Assembly: GCF_902652985.1 (NCBI RefSeq)
Contig: NC_047026.1
Location: 14,260,001 to 14,324,000 of the forward strand
Reading direction: 5' to 3'
DNA from: Pecten maximus
Taxonomy: Eukaryota
Length of the DNA stretch: 64,000 bases
Position numbers and translations under genes: made by a program. Below are positions 12,601-26,300 of the stretch, in pieces (within the stretch, counting starts at the first letter, position 1; each line of letters opens with the position of its first letter). The notes beneath the pieces are model-generated. The model searched no databases. It was not told where the DNA came from and saw only the letters and a program-made list of their open reading frames with translations.

Positions 12601-15600
12601 TTAGATGAGTTTGGTGACCAGGTAAGATAAATTCTTATTTTCATAATTTTTCAGAATTTAAAATTTAACTGCTTCATATCCTAAAAAAATTAGACGCATT
12701 TATTTTTCACATGGAAATAAAGTCTAAAACATTTCAGCAGAAGCTATACATTAAATGAGATAGAAATACATGTACACAATGTATATATTTCCAATGTATA
12801 GTAAGAGTATTGAATTACAAAGGCTTCAGTTTTTACCTCAATTTTTCACTTTGAAAATGAAATAAAGAAAATTAAAGTGACTGTCCATTTCATGATTTTC
12901 ATGCAAATGCTTCTCTAACATTGTTAGAGATTCAATACAGCTAGAAATTTTGCCAGGTTACGTGTACTAACCTTGTTGTAGACCCAATGCAGCAATGCAA
13001 TTGGGCAGATTAAGATCTGTTATATGTGTATAGGTGTAGCAAAAAAATGTTCTGATTGCCAGAAACATTTTGTAAAATGACAAAATTGAATTAATATCAA
13101 AATAAACAACAATGCTGTCATAAATATGTTGCCACCATTTTGAATGTTTTTTGTCTTACCGAACATATCTATATTAACTAAAGGTAAAACCGTTCTGTAT
13201 TTGATTTCTTCTTGTTTTCAGCTTACTTTAGCAAAAAATTTTCTTCGTGTGACGGGCAAAGCAACCATAGGAAATCTGATTAGCTTTATAAGGAAGAAAC
13301 TTTATCTGACAACCCACTGCAATGTAAGTCCATCAACTTAAATAGTCTTTTGAGTTTAGAGTTTGTTACTCAATGTTATAGCACATACATTGTCTTATAT
13401 CGTCTTATATGATATTACACAAAGTTGGGTAACAAAGTTGGGTAACAAAGTTGGGTAACAAAGATGGGGACAGGGGAGGGAGTTACTGGAATTAACATAT
13501 CCTTCTGTTTGTAGACACAATTTTGTACAGATTATTTTTCCCAGGATCATGAATGGTTTCCCAAGAAAATATTTACACATTATTCATGACATGGTCTTTG
13601 TGTCCCTGAACGTCTTCAAGTTCCATAAATTTTTACTTTAATGTAATAATGACAATTGTCATCCTTAGTTTGATGCCACCAACTGAAACTGTCTTTGTGG
13701 TAATGGCTAATCGTCTTGGAAACAGTATTGTTAGGTCATCTGACCCTAAGGGTCAGGATGACCTATAGTCATTGTGCTTTGTCCGTCGTCGTGCGCCGTG
13801 CGTAAACTTTTCACATTTCAAACTTAAGTTCCACTGGTGGGATTTAGCTGAAACTTGCCAGGAATGATCATGAGATGGTCCTGACCAAATGTTGTTATTT
13901 TTCGGGTCAGTCCGATATCCAAGATGGCCGCCATGGCAGCCATCTTGAAAACATATTTTAAACTTCTTCTCCAGTTTGACTGGTGCCATTGAGCTCAAGT
14001 TCCCCCACTGGGATTCAGCACTAACTAATACCTGAAAAGACCCTGAGATGCATGGTCCTCACCAAGTGTTGTTATTTTTCGGATCGGTTTGAAATCCAAG
14101 ATGACCACCATGGCAGCCATCTTGAAAAATACATTTTAAACTTCTTCTCCAGTTCCACTGGTGACATTGAACTGGAAATTGGCGAGGATGTTAAGGAAGG
14201 GGAGCCAACAACAGGTTTTCCTGAACAACACCTATTTCAAACTTCTTCTCAAGTTCCACCTCTGGGATTCAGCTCTAACTTACCTGAAATGATCCTGAGA
14301 TGGTCCTAACCAAGTGTTGTTATTTTTCTGGTCGGTCCAAAATTCAAATGGCCTCCATGGCCAACAATGCCACTATACTTGATACTGAGTATGTACACTA
14401 CAATAGTACGAGGATCTTTAGGGTCGGAGGACCGTTAAGGCCCTTGGGCCTAGCCTGTGTATACATAAAGTACCAACACAGATGTAAGCCACACTTCTGT
14501 CAAACTTCAGAGGCAATTGGGTCAAAGGTCACAGATGCATTAGAGTACTAGCCACTAAGTGAAACAGACTTTGCTGAAAATTGGTCAAGTGGTGAAGTTT
14601 ATTGATGCCTATAATTTGGGACATCAGGTGTTTCCAGGTCCGTTACTATGGAAACTTAATGGAGGCTTTCTGATAGGGCAAAATTGAGATATTGATTGTT
14701 GAATCAAACTGAAAATTGGTATAAAGGTTAGGAGGGATAGCAGCAGTAGATGTCATTTTGTTGCCTCCTCCAAACATGTTCAACGAATTATGTGAAACGA
14801 CATAGGAATATCAGGCATCATGTATAAATATGCATGCATTTTTTTCCCCAAAATGTTTGGTTGCCATGGTAACCAGATCACTATACACACACAGATTTTC
14901 TGCAATGGCCATAATTAATATAAGCTCATCACTCTTTAGATCTATTTTATTTAAACTTGGTCAAGTGATGTAACTTATTAATGTCCGTTATTTAAGAAAA
15001 GAGGTGTTTCCACTGTTAGAGTATGCAAGTGTAATGGATTCTTCTGATTGGTCAAAATTGAGAATCATCTGACTAAGATTAAGATGTGAGGATTTAGAGG
15101 GATAGCAAATACCATGGTGCTATTTTCCAAAACAATGTTAGATGTCATTTGTTGGCCATGGTTGTAGATGATGGCTAGCAGGGGTGTTAGTTAGCCATTT
15201 ATTTTTAGCTTACATGTCTAGCTTATAATTGCTGCCTGTAAATGATGATAAATTTCATTGCATTGTAAATGAACTTGCAACATACTTTTTCTTGTTTTCA
15301 ATCAATCATAATTTCTCTCCGTCAGAGATGTAGCATTTTCTAAATTTATTTGAATATTTTTCTTTGATAGGTTGACATTTTCTTAACCCATGATTCAGAC
15401 ACAACATTGATGACAACAGATAACAAACTACAAAATATCAGAGAGGAATTTTACCAGGGACAGGTATGTTTTAAAGTAGTCCACTGTCTGCCAAATGATT
15501 ATTTTCTATTCAATTTAAATGGAAAATTGGTTTTATTTCATGTGATGGGTTGATATATAAAATGCTCTCAGTTTACCAGTTTTCTTTTATGAAGATTTGA

Positions 15601-16511
15601 AATATTAATTCATTAAAAAAATATTTGATATATTCTTGTAATGATATACTAATTAACAGTGTTGTGTTTCTTACAACACAATCTGATTTATACATTTCAT
15701 TATGATGATATGATGTCTCCTCATTATTGAACCTATAATATCTGACTGCCCCAAGTATCATCGAAATGAAGATGGTTGCTCCTAGTGCAATTCACTTCAC
15801 TCCCAAAACAAATAGAGGATGAAGTTTATTTTGTTTGTGGATTTTCCTTTATTGGAAACTGCCAATATTAGAAAGAGATGGAATAGAAAATCAGACTGAT
15901 CAGAGACTAATTAACGTCTTCAACATTGTTTCTATTGTCCAATCAATTATCATACACTGCCAAGCAGGCATATAAGAGATTCACTTTGATTGACTGAGAA
16001 AAATCCTGTTGTATGGTAAGTATTCGTGTCAACTGAACACATACAAGCCATGTCAGATCTTCATAACCTAGTGTATAATGATCTATGTTTTAATCAGATT
16101 GTTCAGCACATTTCTACTGTGTAAGGCCTTCTCAAATTGCTTTCATATTAAAGTTATATTGTCCTTTATATTCACACGAAAGAAAATTGTATGTGATAGA
16201 CAATTTTTGGGAATAAGATTTATAATTATGCACTTGGCTAAATAAAATTAACTACTTGGTTCTCAGGTCAATTTATTCTACAAAGAGATGAGGGAAGCAG
16301 TTAATTTTTTTTATCATTTTATTGGTGAAAATATAGATGAATTTTTCAAACTAATCATTATCCATTTTCATATAAACTGCTTCAAAATTTGGGACAATGA
16401 TTTATCATAGTTCTTGTCTCTCAACAATGGGCATGACTGTACAAGATTTATGGCTAAGTTGTATAATGCTTATTGCAGGAGAAAGGTTTGTTGTTGATCC
16501 ATTTTCCGTAG
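6605..16511 (+). CDS. PCGF6: Polycomb group RING finger protein, PCGF6-like, about 350 aa. Exons 6605-6763, 7199-7318, 8125-8266, 9428-9524, 10571-10626, 11256-11309, 11739-11910, 12597-12621, 13222-13323, 15371-15463, 16479-16511
   Basis: C3HC4 RING [34 protein letters not shown]...CPTC...IRNDSTIQDIVYRLLP; RAWUL VSLFLEYIG...FLRVTGKATIGNLISFIRKKL...CNVDIF...GLLLIHF. All exons are phase-compatible. The PCGF family call is secure; the PCGF6 subfamily call is from recalled motifs. Confidence 0.85.
13424..13462. repeat. 13-bp tandem repeat, about 3 copies
   Basis: ACAAAGTTGGGTA repeated. Confidence 0.8.
13731..14450 (+). mobile_element. HINE/Helentron-type element (same family as 43949-44752)
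   Basis: Head TTAGGTCATCTGACCC..GGGTCAGGATGACCTA, internal repeats containing CCAAGATGGCCGCC, tail GACCGTTAAGGCCCTTGGGCC. Confidence 0.8.
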
Positions 16512-16550
16512 TAATATTATACCAGGGAAAGTATGAGATGAAGTCCTTTG

Positions 16551-17492
16551 TTAGGTCCCCTGAGACGAAGTCTCAAGTGACCTATTCTAATTGGCTTTTG
16601 TCCGGCGTCGTCTGTAAGTCCGTTCGTCCATAAACAATTTACATTTTCAACTTCTTCTCCAAAACCGCTGAACCAAATTCAATGAAATTTGGCAGGGAGT
16701 TTCTATGGCTAATGGTCAATTAAAATTGTGAATTATATGGTCCCCACCCCACAGGTGCCTGAGGGGCAGGGCAAAAAAGGGTCCAATTGACTAAAACTTC
16801 AAAAATCTTCTTCTCTACTCTCAGATATGGTGGAATCAAACGTTCTTCATAGATGGAAGGGTCTTAAGGTGCTTTACATAAAATTGTGAATTTCATGACC
16901 CTTGGGTCTCACGTTTGCCCCTGGGGAGGGGGGTAAACTTTACTATAGTTTATATAGGGAAATCACATTTTTGACAACTATTTGTTGGATTTCTATTGGA
17001 ATTCATTCTTACTTGGTTAACATTATCAGCATAGGATGACTGTTTGTTGGTATGTACATGTTGGCCCTGACTGACCCCCAGGGGCTGATGGGCGGGGCTA
17101 AAATGGGTCAAATTGACTGAAAGTTCAAAAATCTTCTTCTCTACTCTCAGATATTGTGGAATCAAACGTTCTTCATAGATGGAAGGGTCAGTGCTTTACA
17201 AAAAATTGTGAATTTCATGATGCTGGGGTCTCATGTTTGCCCCTGGGGAGGGGGTAAACTTTACTATAGTTTATATAAGGAAATCACAATTTTGACTCTG
17301 ATTTGTTGGATTCGTATTAGAACTCATTCTTACTTGGTTAACATTATCAGCATAGGATGACTGTTTTATGGTATGCACATGTTGGCCCTGACTGACCCCT
17401 TAAATTGATGGGATGGGCCAAAAAGGGTCAATTAAATTAACTGTAATATTTCAAATCTCAGGTGACCGTTAAGGCCCATGGGCCTCTTGTTT
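16551..17492 (+). mobile_element. HINE/Helentron-type element in the PCGF 3' UTR with two ~325-bp internal repeats
   Basis: Head TTAGGTCCCCTGAGAC..GTGACCTA, duplicated core, tail CAGGTGACCGTTAAGGCCCATGGGCCTCTTGTTT. Confidence 0.85.
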
Positions 17493-18931
17493 TTTCAAAG
17501 AAGATGAGGGAGGGTTTTCTTTTTTTGGCCATAGATAAAGGTTAATAAGTCTTTAACACAATTCTGTCTTCTTTGCAATCAATATATTGCATTTTTGTTG
17601 GATCTTGAATCCACTTTACTGTTGTGATATCTAATAGAAGACTAACAGACAAACAAAATCTGTTATAGATTCCAGGCATGCAGAGTGCAATATAATAATG
17701 AATGAATGATGTAGAAAAATCTGTTTAAAATTTGTTTTAACCAATGGTGGTTAGGACATGCAAGGTTTTACTGAAAAATGATTTAGAATAAAACTTTATT
17801 GATGTAATTTTTGTATTATTTATAGGACTGCATTGTAGAGCTACAGTACAGAGTGAGCACCAACCTGGATGATTAGGACAGTAAGAAGGCGGAAATATCT
17901 TAAAAGACTTGAAGGTTCTTTTCTCTCTATATTGTTTTGTTGTAAAAGGGAGATCTTGTCCATTATATTGTACACTTACACTGCCTTCCCCAAAAAAGTC
18001 CCTTTCACATTGTCTGACATATGTCGGCAGGATCATTTTCAAACCCGGACTCTGGAGTTGCTGCTCTTCTTTCATACCTTGATTTGTCTGACATATTGTT
18101 TATAAAAAAAGAAGCTGTTGCATATTTTATACTTGAAGTTGATTGATTTGTCATCCATCCTCCCTGAAGTTACAGGGAAGTTAAAGGGAGGGAACTATTT
18201 TCAAAATTCTTCAGAAATGTTAGGTTTTGGGAAAGCAGTGTGCATTGCATTGTAAGCATTTTTTTTCCATACACAAGCATGACCTTGTCTTCGTAGACAC
18301 ATTTAAAAAATTATAGAATAAACCAGCTGTCATTATTTAATCTATAGAAGATGAGTGTTAACAGAATCAGCTATCTTGAAAAGATAAATTAATTAGTCAT
18401 GTAACATATAAGTTCTTCAATACAGTATATAATGTTATACAATAAATTTTATTTAGAGTCCTTTAAATATAAAAAAAATTAAAGACTGACAAAAAACAAA
18501 CATTAATATAAGATGATTGAGTAAGTTTCTACCAACCTGCTATTTGTCTAAGTAACAATAATTGGCACGGAAAAATATTAGAACAGATACAGTATAGGTT
18601 TCAGAATGTAAAGTACACAAACTATCACAGAGTAATGACGGTTCATATGGTAGGTGACTGGATACCATCCCATCCCAACAAGATCACATGCCACTTTATA
18701 TTACGACAATAACTAGACAGGCCCCTAGAATTGCTTAGCCAAATTTTTACACTTATAGCTATATCTTATCCACCCCCACCATTGGTAACCGAGTTCAAAA
18801 CTTATCGTAGAGAATTAAAGCTTGATTTTATTTATAATTTTTTTTCATATTATAGAGACTAGGGCAATGCTAGACAATGACCAGAAATTAAGATGTTGAA
18901 AAAATAAACTGGTAAACATACTAGAATGATT

Positions 18932-19037
18932 CAATCTGATTAAATTCTGTAGTTACATGGCTACGTTTACTATGTACTACACCTGACATAGTATGTAGTA
19001 AACAAGGCGATGTAACAGCTGATTTTAATCAGATTGA
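18932..19037. repeat. Imperfect inverted repeat of about 105 bp
   Basis: CAATCTGATTAAA...TTTAATCAGATTG with inner GTTACAT/ATGTAAC and GTTTACTA/TAGTAAAC pairing. Confidence 0.7.
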
Positions 19038-19629
19038 GATTGATTAAAATATTTTGTATGTTTGTAAAATTGATATGTAGAACCACTCAATACAAAGCAT
19101 TATGTTAGCACATATTTTCAGAGCTGTTCAAGATGCTGTACATTATAATAGTAAGTAGTGTAAAAAGAAAATAAGTTATGTTTCTAAATGCATTTTATTA
19201 TGCCTTAAAACTTATAATTACTAGAGATAGCCTGGTATTCAATATTGTTGTTCAGATTCTTACTTTGTCAGCCACTGACATGGACACAGGGAAATATGTA
19301 AAAGGTAGAGAAAATGTTTTCCTAAAATGTTGAATGGGTGCCTTGATGTATTGGTAATTGTTGTTGACAGTTTGATGTTATTGAGTAAGTTTTACCTGAC
19401 ATTGTGTTCACATATATTTACATTTGTCTGGCATTGTCACTATATAGTCTGTTTGAGAGCTCTGGCATTGATGTACGTTTAAATGCCATCCATCACGCGC
19501 TACACTTATCAGCGTATTAATACAACAAAAACCGGAACTACAATATCCAGGATGATTGAAGTTTAAAGACTAATTATTTTGTCTACATTATTTGTTATAA
19601 AAAATATGCCATTTGTGCATTACGTTGAT

Positions 19630-19635
19630 AATAAA
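19630..19635 (+). terminator. Candidate distal polyadenylation signal of the PCGF gene
   Basis: AATAAA followed by a T-rich downstream tract; another AATAAA lies at 18441. Confidence 0.35.
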
Positions 19636-20381
19636 ATGATTAACAAAATTGAGTTTTTTTTTTATAATTTTCCATGTACTATTTTGTTTGCCAAAACGCA
19701 CGCGACCATGTTCCGGCTGTTCCAACGACTGACAAAAAAATCTGCTGACTGTCGGTAAGGCGGGAATTATGAATTTTAAATATGAATTATAGCATTTGAA
19801 AAATAAAAAAGTAAAAGGAATGTAAATATTAGCATTGAACTGTTTTTGTATGGTATTTATGATCTATTTGAATGCCAGAGATTTGCAAGCAAACAAATCG
19901 GTGCATTATGTTGTTTGCTTGCAAAGCTCTGGCTAATCCAATGACCATGTTTAGTACTGTCCTCGGCATGTTATCACACACGCACACGTCATTCTGCCTG
20001 GAATTATCACAGCACATGTCACCACATTTTTAGTCCCCAACCGGTGAAACTGGAGGGACTACATTTATACATGTATATATGTTTCTTCCTCATCCGTCCG
20101 ACCGTCCACTCAGTTTTCTGTACTTTTCTCAGTCATGCTTCGAGGTATGTTGGTGAAAGTTGATATTTTACTGCAGTACGAGTTTCTGGGTTTCTGCGTC
20201 AAGGTCACTGTTACAATCCGGGGTCCGGTAGGGGGCATTCTTGTTTAAATAGTCAAATGCTATCCTGTGTTGATTCATCACATCATGAGCACCTCACCGC
20301 CTTTTGTACATCACCACACAAAACCATTGCAGCATAACTGACACCAAATTTTGTACATCGTCACACGCCGCCCTGTCTTTA

Positions 20382-23300
20382 TCATCCCAACATCCGTTGC
20401 CACATTTTGTACAGTTTCCGACCAACAGCTAACATATCTGGCACTACAATCAGTAGTAACACTGTAATTATCATCAAAACTCCAACGATACCAATGCTCT
20501 GGGAACTTTTCCGGCCGTCATGTGCGCTGGTCTTTGTTCGCTTATATGCTGGAACAGAAAGTGGATTAGTTTATCCGTGTGTTATAGAAAATAGTACTAG
20601 GTCCTGCTGAAGTTAATTAATGTAGTATAAAACAGTCCCAAAACGCACATAATTACAACTATCGAGAGATAAGCATTATGGCAACTCATTTAGGTGACTA
20701 TATTCCCATTTTCAGCAAGAACTATGAGCACATGAGTCAGTTTCTGATTAGTATTTATGAAAAAAATAGTTGATATAGTAGGAGTAGAAGCTAATGTTTT
20801 TTTTATAAATATATATATATTGTTCTATTATCAAACAGCAAACATGTAGTGTTTTGTAGGTTGTAAACCATGATTACAACAATAAGTCGAACATAAGCAA
20901 CAACACAAAATACCGACATTAGAAAATATAATTTTATAAAAGGACTTTGAATAAACTTGTCAACTTTCATTGAACGTCAAAAAGGTTTATAAAAAGTCGG
21001 GACATTGCATGTTGTATTAATGTTGATATACATGCAATGTCCGGACCACGTGCTGATGCTATTCGCGGCTATATAATAATACATGTATATGTTAAATACG
21101 ATAATTATCTTATAATTTTAGAGATATCCAATATATCTTATTACAAGATATCTCATCAACTTTAAATAACACATCTTCTTAACATCTAAGGTATTTTAAA
21201 AAAAAACCCAACATATCTATTAGACATATACAACTTCTTATTAAACAAATCAGATGTTTTATATAATAAAGGATAAGCCAACTTCGCGTATAACGAATTT
21301 CTGTGGTTCATGAAAATTACTAATTTATTTCTGGAGTTCGTTTTTCGCGAATCAAGAGTTTATATCAAAATAACAAGATAGTACTGGAAAAGCGTGTATT
21401 TCAAAATTTCTTCACGAATAAGTCGGGATCTGGTGTTGTTTTTTAAGTGACTCCATTTGTCAATACAAATTCTAGTTAAAGGAGCGTTCGCGAAGGAACC
21501 CGTTTTCCTGAAACAACTTCATTTTTTTCAATGTTTGATAACACCTTTCACTTTGTTGTCGAAGCCATAAGTTAATGATTAAAACAATAAAAAGTCTGCC
21601 AACGTTTACGTTAACACGGGTCGTAAATAATAGATCGTTGTTGCTCAGGCTACTTCTTTATTCTCGAAATTGACTGTGTTTCTTTTATGATTTGGTTAAA
21701 TACTGAATCAACATTACTCCATATAAATATATGACGTCTCGGTTTGCTATATTTGGGCATTACTTTTATATACCCCTCTTTTACTTTCCATGGAATACTT
21801 TTTCTTTCACTGTTTTGGGTCGGGGAAAGCTGTTCCCCGATGTTCTCTAGATATGTTACAAAGTCATTGGGGAATACAAGAGTAAGGGACTTTGAAAATT
21901 ATCCAACAATGATCTGTTGCTATGCTGCAATTTATTTAACATAATGCGTTACTGCGTCATATCCAGCCGACTTCGTTTTGAATGACTACGTAGGGCAGCT
22001 TTGAAAATCTTCAGAAAAGTTGAAAATTGTGACCATAACCTTTGCAATAGAATAAAATACATGTATTATATTTGAACCCGGGACATTGGGATTGGATCAA
22101 GTTAAATGGATTGAGCAAGTTATCACTTGACCTTTGAATAGTTGTATATTGTTAGATTTAACATTTTTTTCCGAGATACAGTTTAGGAAAGTTGACACCG
22201 GGCAGATTACTGACACCATGATCGACATGTTAGTTCACATGATCGAATGTTACTTGCCCTATCCTAAACCCCAGTGTCTTCGGAGATGTAGCGGTTATGT
22301 ACTGTACCTTAAACGCTGACCCCGCTAGTTATTGGACTATGCAGCTGAAGTGCCTATATCCATGAACCATCACAGTACCGTGTAGGTCAGAATATAAATT
22401 TTAAGTTTGCAATTTGAAACACGAACATATATAACGTTTTCAGGCGTTAGTCTTAATTAACGAAATAGCTCTTTCAAATTAAGAACAGTGTTAAAGACTG
22501 TTAGCAAAATATGATTCTTTATTATTTTCTACGGTTGCATTTAATATTGAACGTTTCATAGAAGTGATGTCAACAGCAGATTAACTTACTAGAAGTTGTC
22601 TTCTTGACCACCGTAAGCTCCTGTTTAATTTCCTCGACCTTTTTAGCGAGTGTGTCCATATTAAGTAAAGGCGGTGCGGTTGTATAATCGGTGTTATGCG
22701 TATCTGAGACCTGGGAAGTTGTTTCCTCTTTGTCCTGACAGCAGTATGTCGATTCAGGTAAGATGCATTGCGCCAATGACGAATTTGACCCAACTGTAAA
22801 TGAAAGATTTGTTACATATTCGCTCATTAGATGGTTATTGTGTGAAATAGCTTTTTACGAGAAACAACAAATATTACTACAATGTGGATTTGTCCAACTG
22901 CTGGCCAAACGTGTTCAATACAACATTATTTTTCTTCAATATAGTCGTGATAAATACCCTTGGCTAGCTATGTTGATTTGGTCGATCTCAATATAACTTC
23001 ATAAATCTGCTGTGTGTACGTACTGCTGTGACTATATCAAAGATATGATTATTTCTCGACCAGTAAGGCAAATGGCCTGAAAATTCATAAGACATGCAGT
23101 GACGGTTCATTCTGGTTTTCAATTTCAATGTTCCACCTTTCATGTTAATTTCACTTTCTTCTCTATTTCTTAATAGCAGATTTCGGGAAGAGAAATCATG
23201 CTTCGTTGAGATCTTTAGCAAATCATGCTAAACTTCATTCCACCATGGCGCTTTGAGGTAACATTTCTCCGAAAAAAATCATATGTAGAGACATTGTGAC

Positions 23301-26300
23301 TGATTTTATTTGGAACATGGAAACCACCAGCCGCAAAAAATCAACAAAATTCGATATACAGTCTCAAATGTAGAGAATAATATCAGACTGAGTTGAAAGA
23401 ATGGAAATATGCCTGTTCATCTTGTTGACGGATTTATTGTCAAACTTACATTGGACTGATATTGTCATGAAATCTGCTTTCAGGTTTCCTCTCTCTGAAA
23501 CATGATAAATGTCTTTATTCAAGATAATGACTTGTAATGCAACTTTACAGTACATTTACAATGATAATAACAAATAATTGAAATAATCGAGTTTTGTTTT
23601 AAACATCATAAACCCATCCGTCAATTATTTAATTCTAATCGTTACATTAAAACTAAATATATCTAAAAGGCGAATTAAGGTTTCCAATACCTAAGAACAC
23701 AGCTTCCTCGAGAAATTCGAGTTCGAAGATGTGGTGTATCTACAATAGTGACTTCGTGACCTGTTGAAGTGTGCAGATTATTAACGTACCGTAGGGAGTT
23801 ACATTTATATTGTAAACGTTATATTATTGATGAAGTACTATAGGGAGTGATATATATATATGTATATATGCATGCTTTTCACCAGCTACTACACGCAGAT
23901 ACTCTGCATTATAACGACCATGGCTGGGTTGTTATAGGGTTTTAAATCAAACAGATATACTAGTGTATATGTTCTGTTCTATAGTGATTGGATTGTTATT
24001 GTACCATTCATGTATTCTGTAGATCTTGAACCTGGGATGAAGAGAACTGCCGGTACTTCAGGAACATAATCTTGTTCCCAAATACACATGCCCAGACTTC
24101 CTACGTCATATACAAAAAACCAGCCTTTATCATGGTCACAAAGCGTCATAGACGGAGTTAACGAAAAATCTCCGAATATGATGATTCTGACCAGTTTGTC
24201 CCATGTGTCTGAAATGTAATATGATTCAAATGTACAGTTTCCCTGTTCAAAATTAACGTCCACAGTTTACGACGTGATGAAATATTAATAGTAATTTTAG
24301 CTTCTAAACACTAGTTTTGCCCGACGTTTCTGCATTAATTTGCATGAAATATTGATAGTAATACTTCGCCTGGTACTCCGATAAATGGAATCGCAAAACA
24401 GACATTAATAATTGATTAGGAAGTTTTTATTTATGCGAGCCTTGGCGATAATCATACATTATCTTATGAAATCAAAAAAAAGATATTTTAATCACATAAC
24501 TCAGAAAACTGAGACAGTTTTTAAAATCAGCATGTGGAGGACTTATTCAAACAGAGGCAGTGGTTATGTTTCGCTATTCACATTTCCTGACGTCAGGGAT
24601 TGTCCGCATTATGACGATTTATGACATAGTATATTACACTAGTGACATATTCAAAGATAGTACACGGTCGAATTCACTGGATAAAATGCCAATTATGTGA
24701 TAAAATGTGATATTCAATAAAAAATAAACCCATTCAATATCCTATATTTACCCTTCCATTGAAAAGTAGTTGGTAGGTGTTGCAGGGTCCAATAGATCAA
24801 TGTAAGAAGAGTTGACGAGTTTGGATCTTTGAAACCAATCTGATTTATTACATCCACTTGCGTTGAATTCAAAGAAAGCCCTCTGTTCTTGTCCAATGTA
24901 AACGCCAACTTTCACCTGAAATAAACAAGTCTTCTGCTTAATATAATACAATATATGTATAACTGAAATTAACATGATTTATGCGTTTGTTTCATTGGCA
25001 GTTTTCCCCGGGATAACTCGATTTTTCAAGGTAAGATACTAATAGTACATTATACATTAGTCATATGATTTGTATTCAGGGGTCTAGACACAAACAACAA
25101 AAACTCGAGGGAAACATATTCTCTTACACGAATGTCACCACCAGCTGTCAATTGTTCTTTAATCCTCAGACGTTTCACACCGAGAGCGATTGTATTTCCA
25201 TTACATAACTGTATAACAATTAGTGTCACACTAATTGACAACTGCTTTGGAATAATATTTTGACGCTGTAATGAGAAACTTACTGGAATGCATCTTTTAG
25301 TCAATAGAAACATGTAGTGCACAAATTTGGGATGGGACTTTTTCTCTGAATTTAGTGAATTCGGGAAGATATTTTGAGACTTTTGTTAATGCCTATTTTG
25401 ATTTCCCTAGATTGTTGCGAATTTTTGTCCTTTGAATAATGGAAGTTCCTTGTGCCTCTGTGTTAGGATAAACATATTTCCGGTATGACTATTCGTACAG
25501 CCAAACTATGAGCTTTCCATCTAATATGTTCAACTGTGTCTTCTTGATTTAACTGATATTACCAAATTAACAGATTCTCGCGATCATTTCCTCCCATGAA
25601 ATACGATATAAACACATGGTTATCAGCTATGCTGGAGTATGCCCCGTGAAAACACTGCTAAGGCCAATATGAAACTTGTTACAATTGGTTGATTATTTTG
25701 GCCTTTAGTCATAACCCCGACAAAAACTCAACCTTTGATAAATCTTGAACGATACAACTATATTGTGTCAGAGGCCATGCCACACAACACACTACTTTTT
25801 GATTCTGGACACTTCACAGCTGTTTTTGAGTATAAGCAGAATCTTACGATGTTAGTATCGGTAGTTTGATACTCCCAATGCATTTAATTAAGGGTTATTC
25901 ATAAATATTTGATTTCTTCATGCAAGTAGCTTTTCCTGTCCAAATAGAATATCGAAATACCAAAAACAAATCGAATGACCGTGTTCCATACTGGTTGTTC
26001 TTACCTTCCTGATGTCCATATCACTCCAGTAGTTGAGAATGTCAGACTTGTAATGGTCCCTGAAGGAATTGTTGAGGACCTGCGCTTCTTTCACAAAACT
26101 ATTGAATGATGTATTTCCAAGGAATAAATCATAAATACTCGTTGACCCTGTTAGAATACAATAACATTTCAGCAATCAATACATCCCCATTTAACAAGAA
26201 CTATTGCAGCGATTCAATAAGTTTCACTTAACATATGAACTAAACATTAACTTTAATCAGATTATAAAGTCAGTGCTATCAAGGTAAAACATTTCCAATA

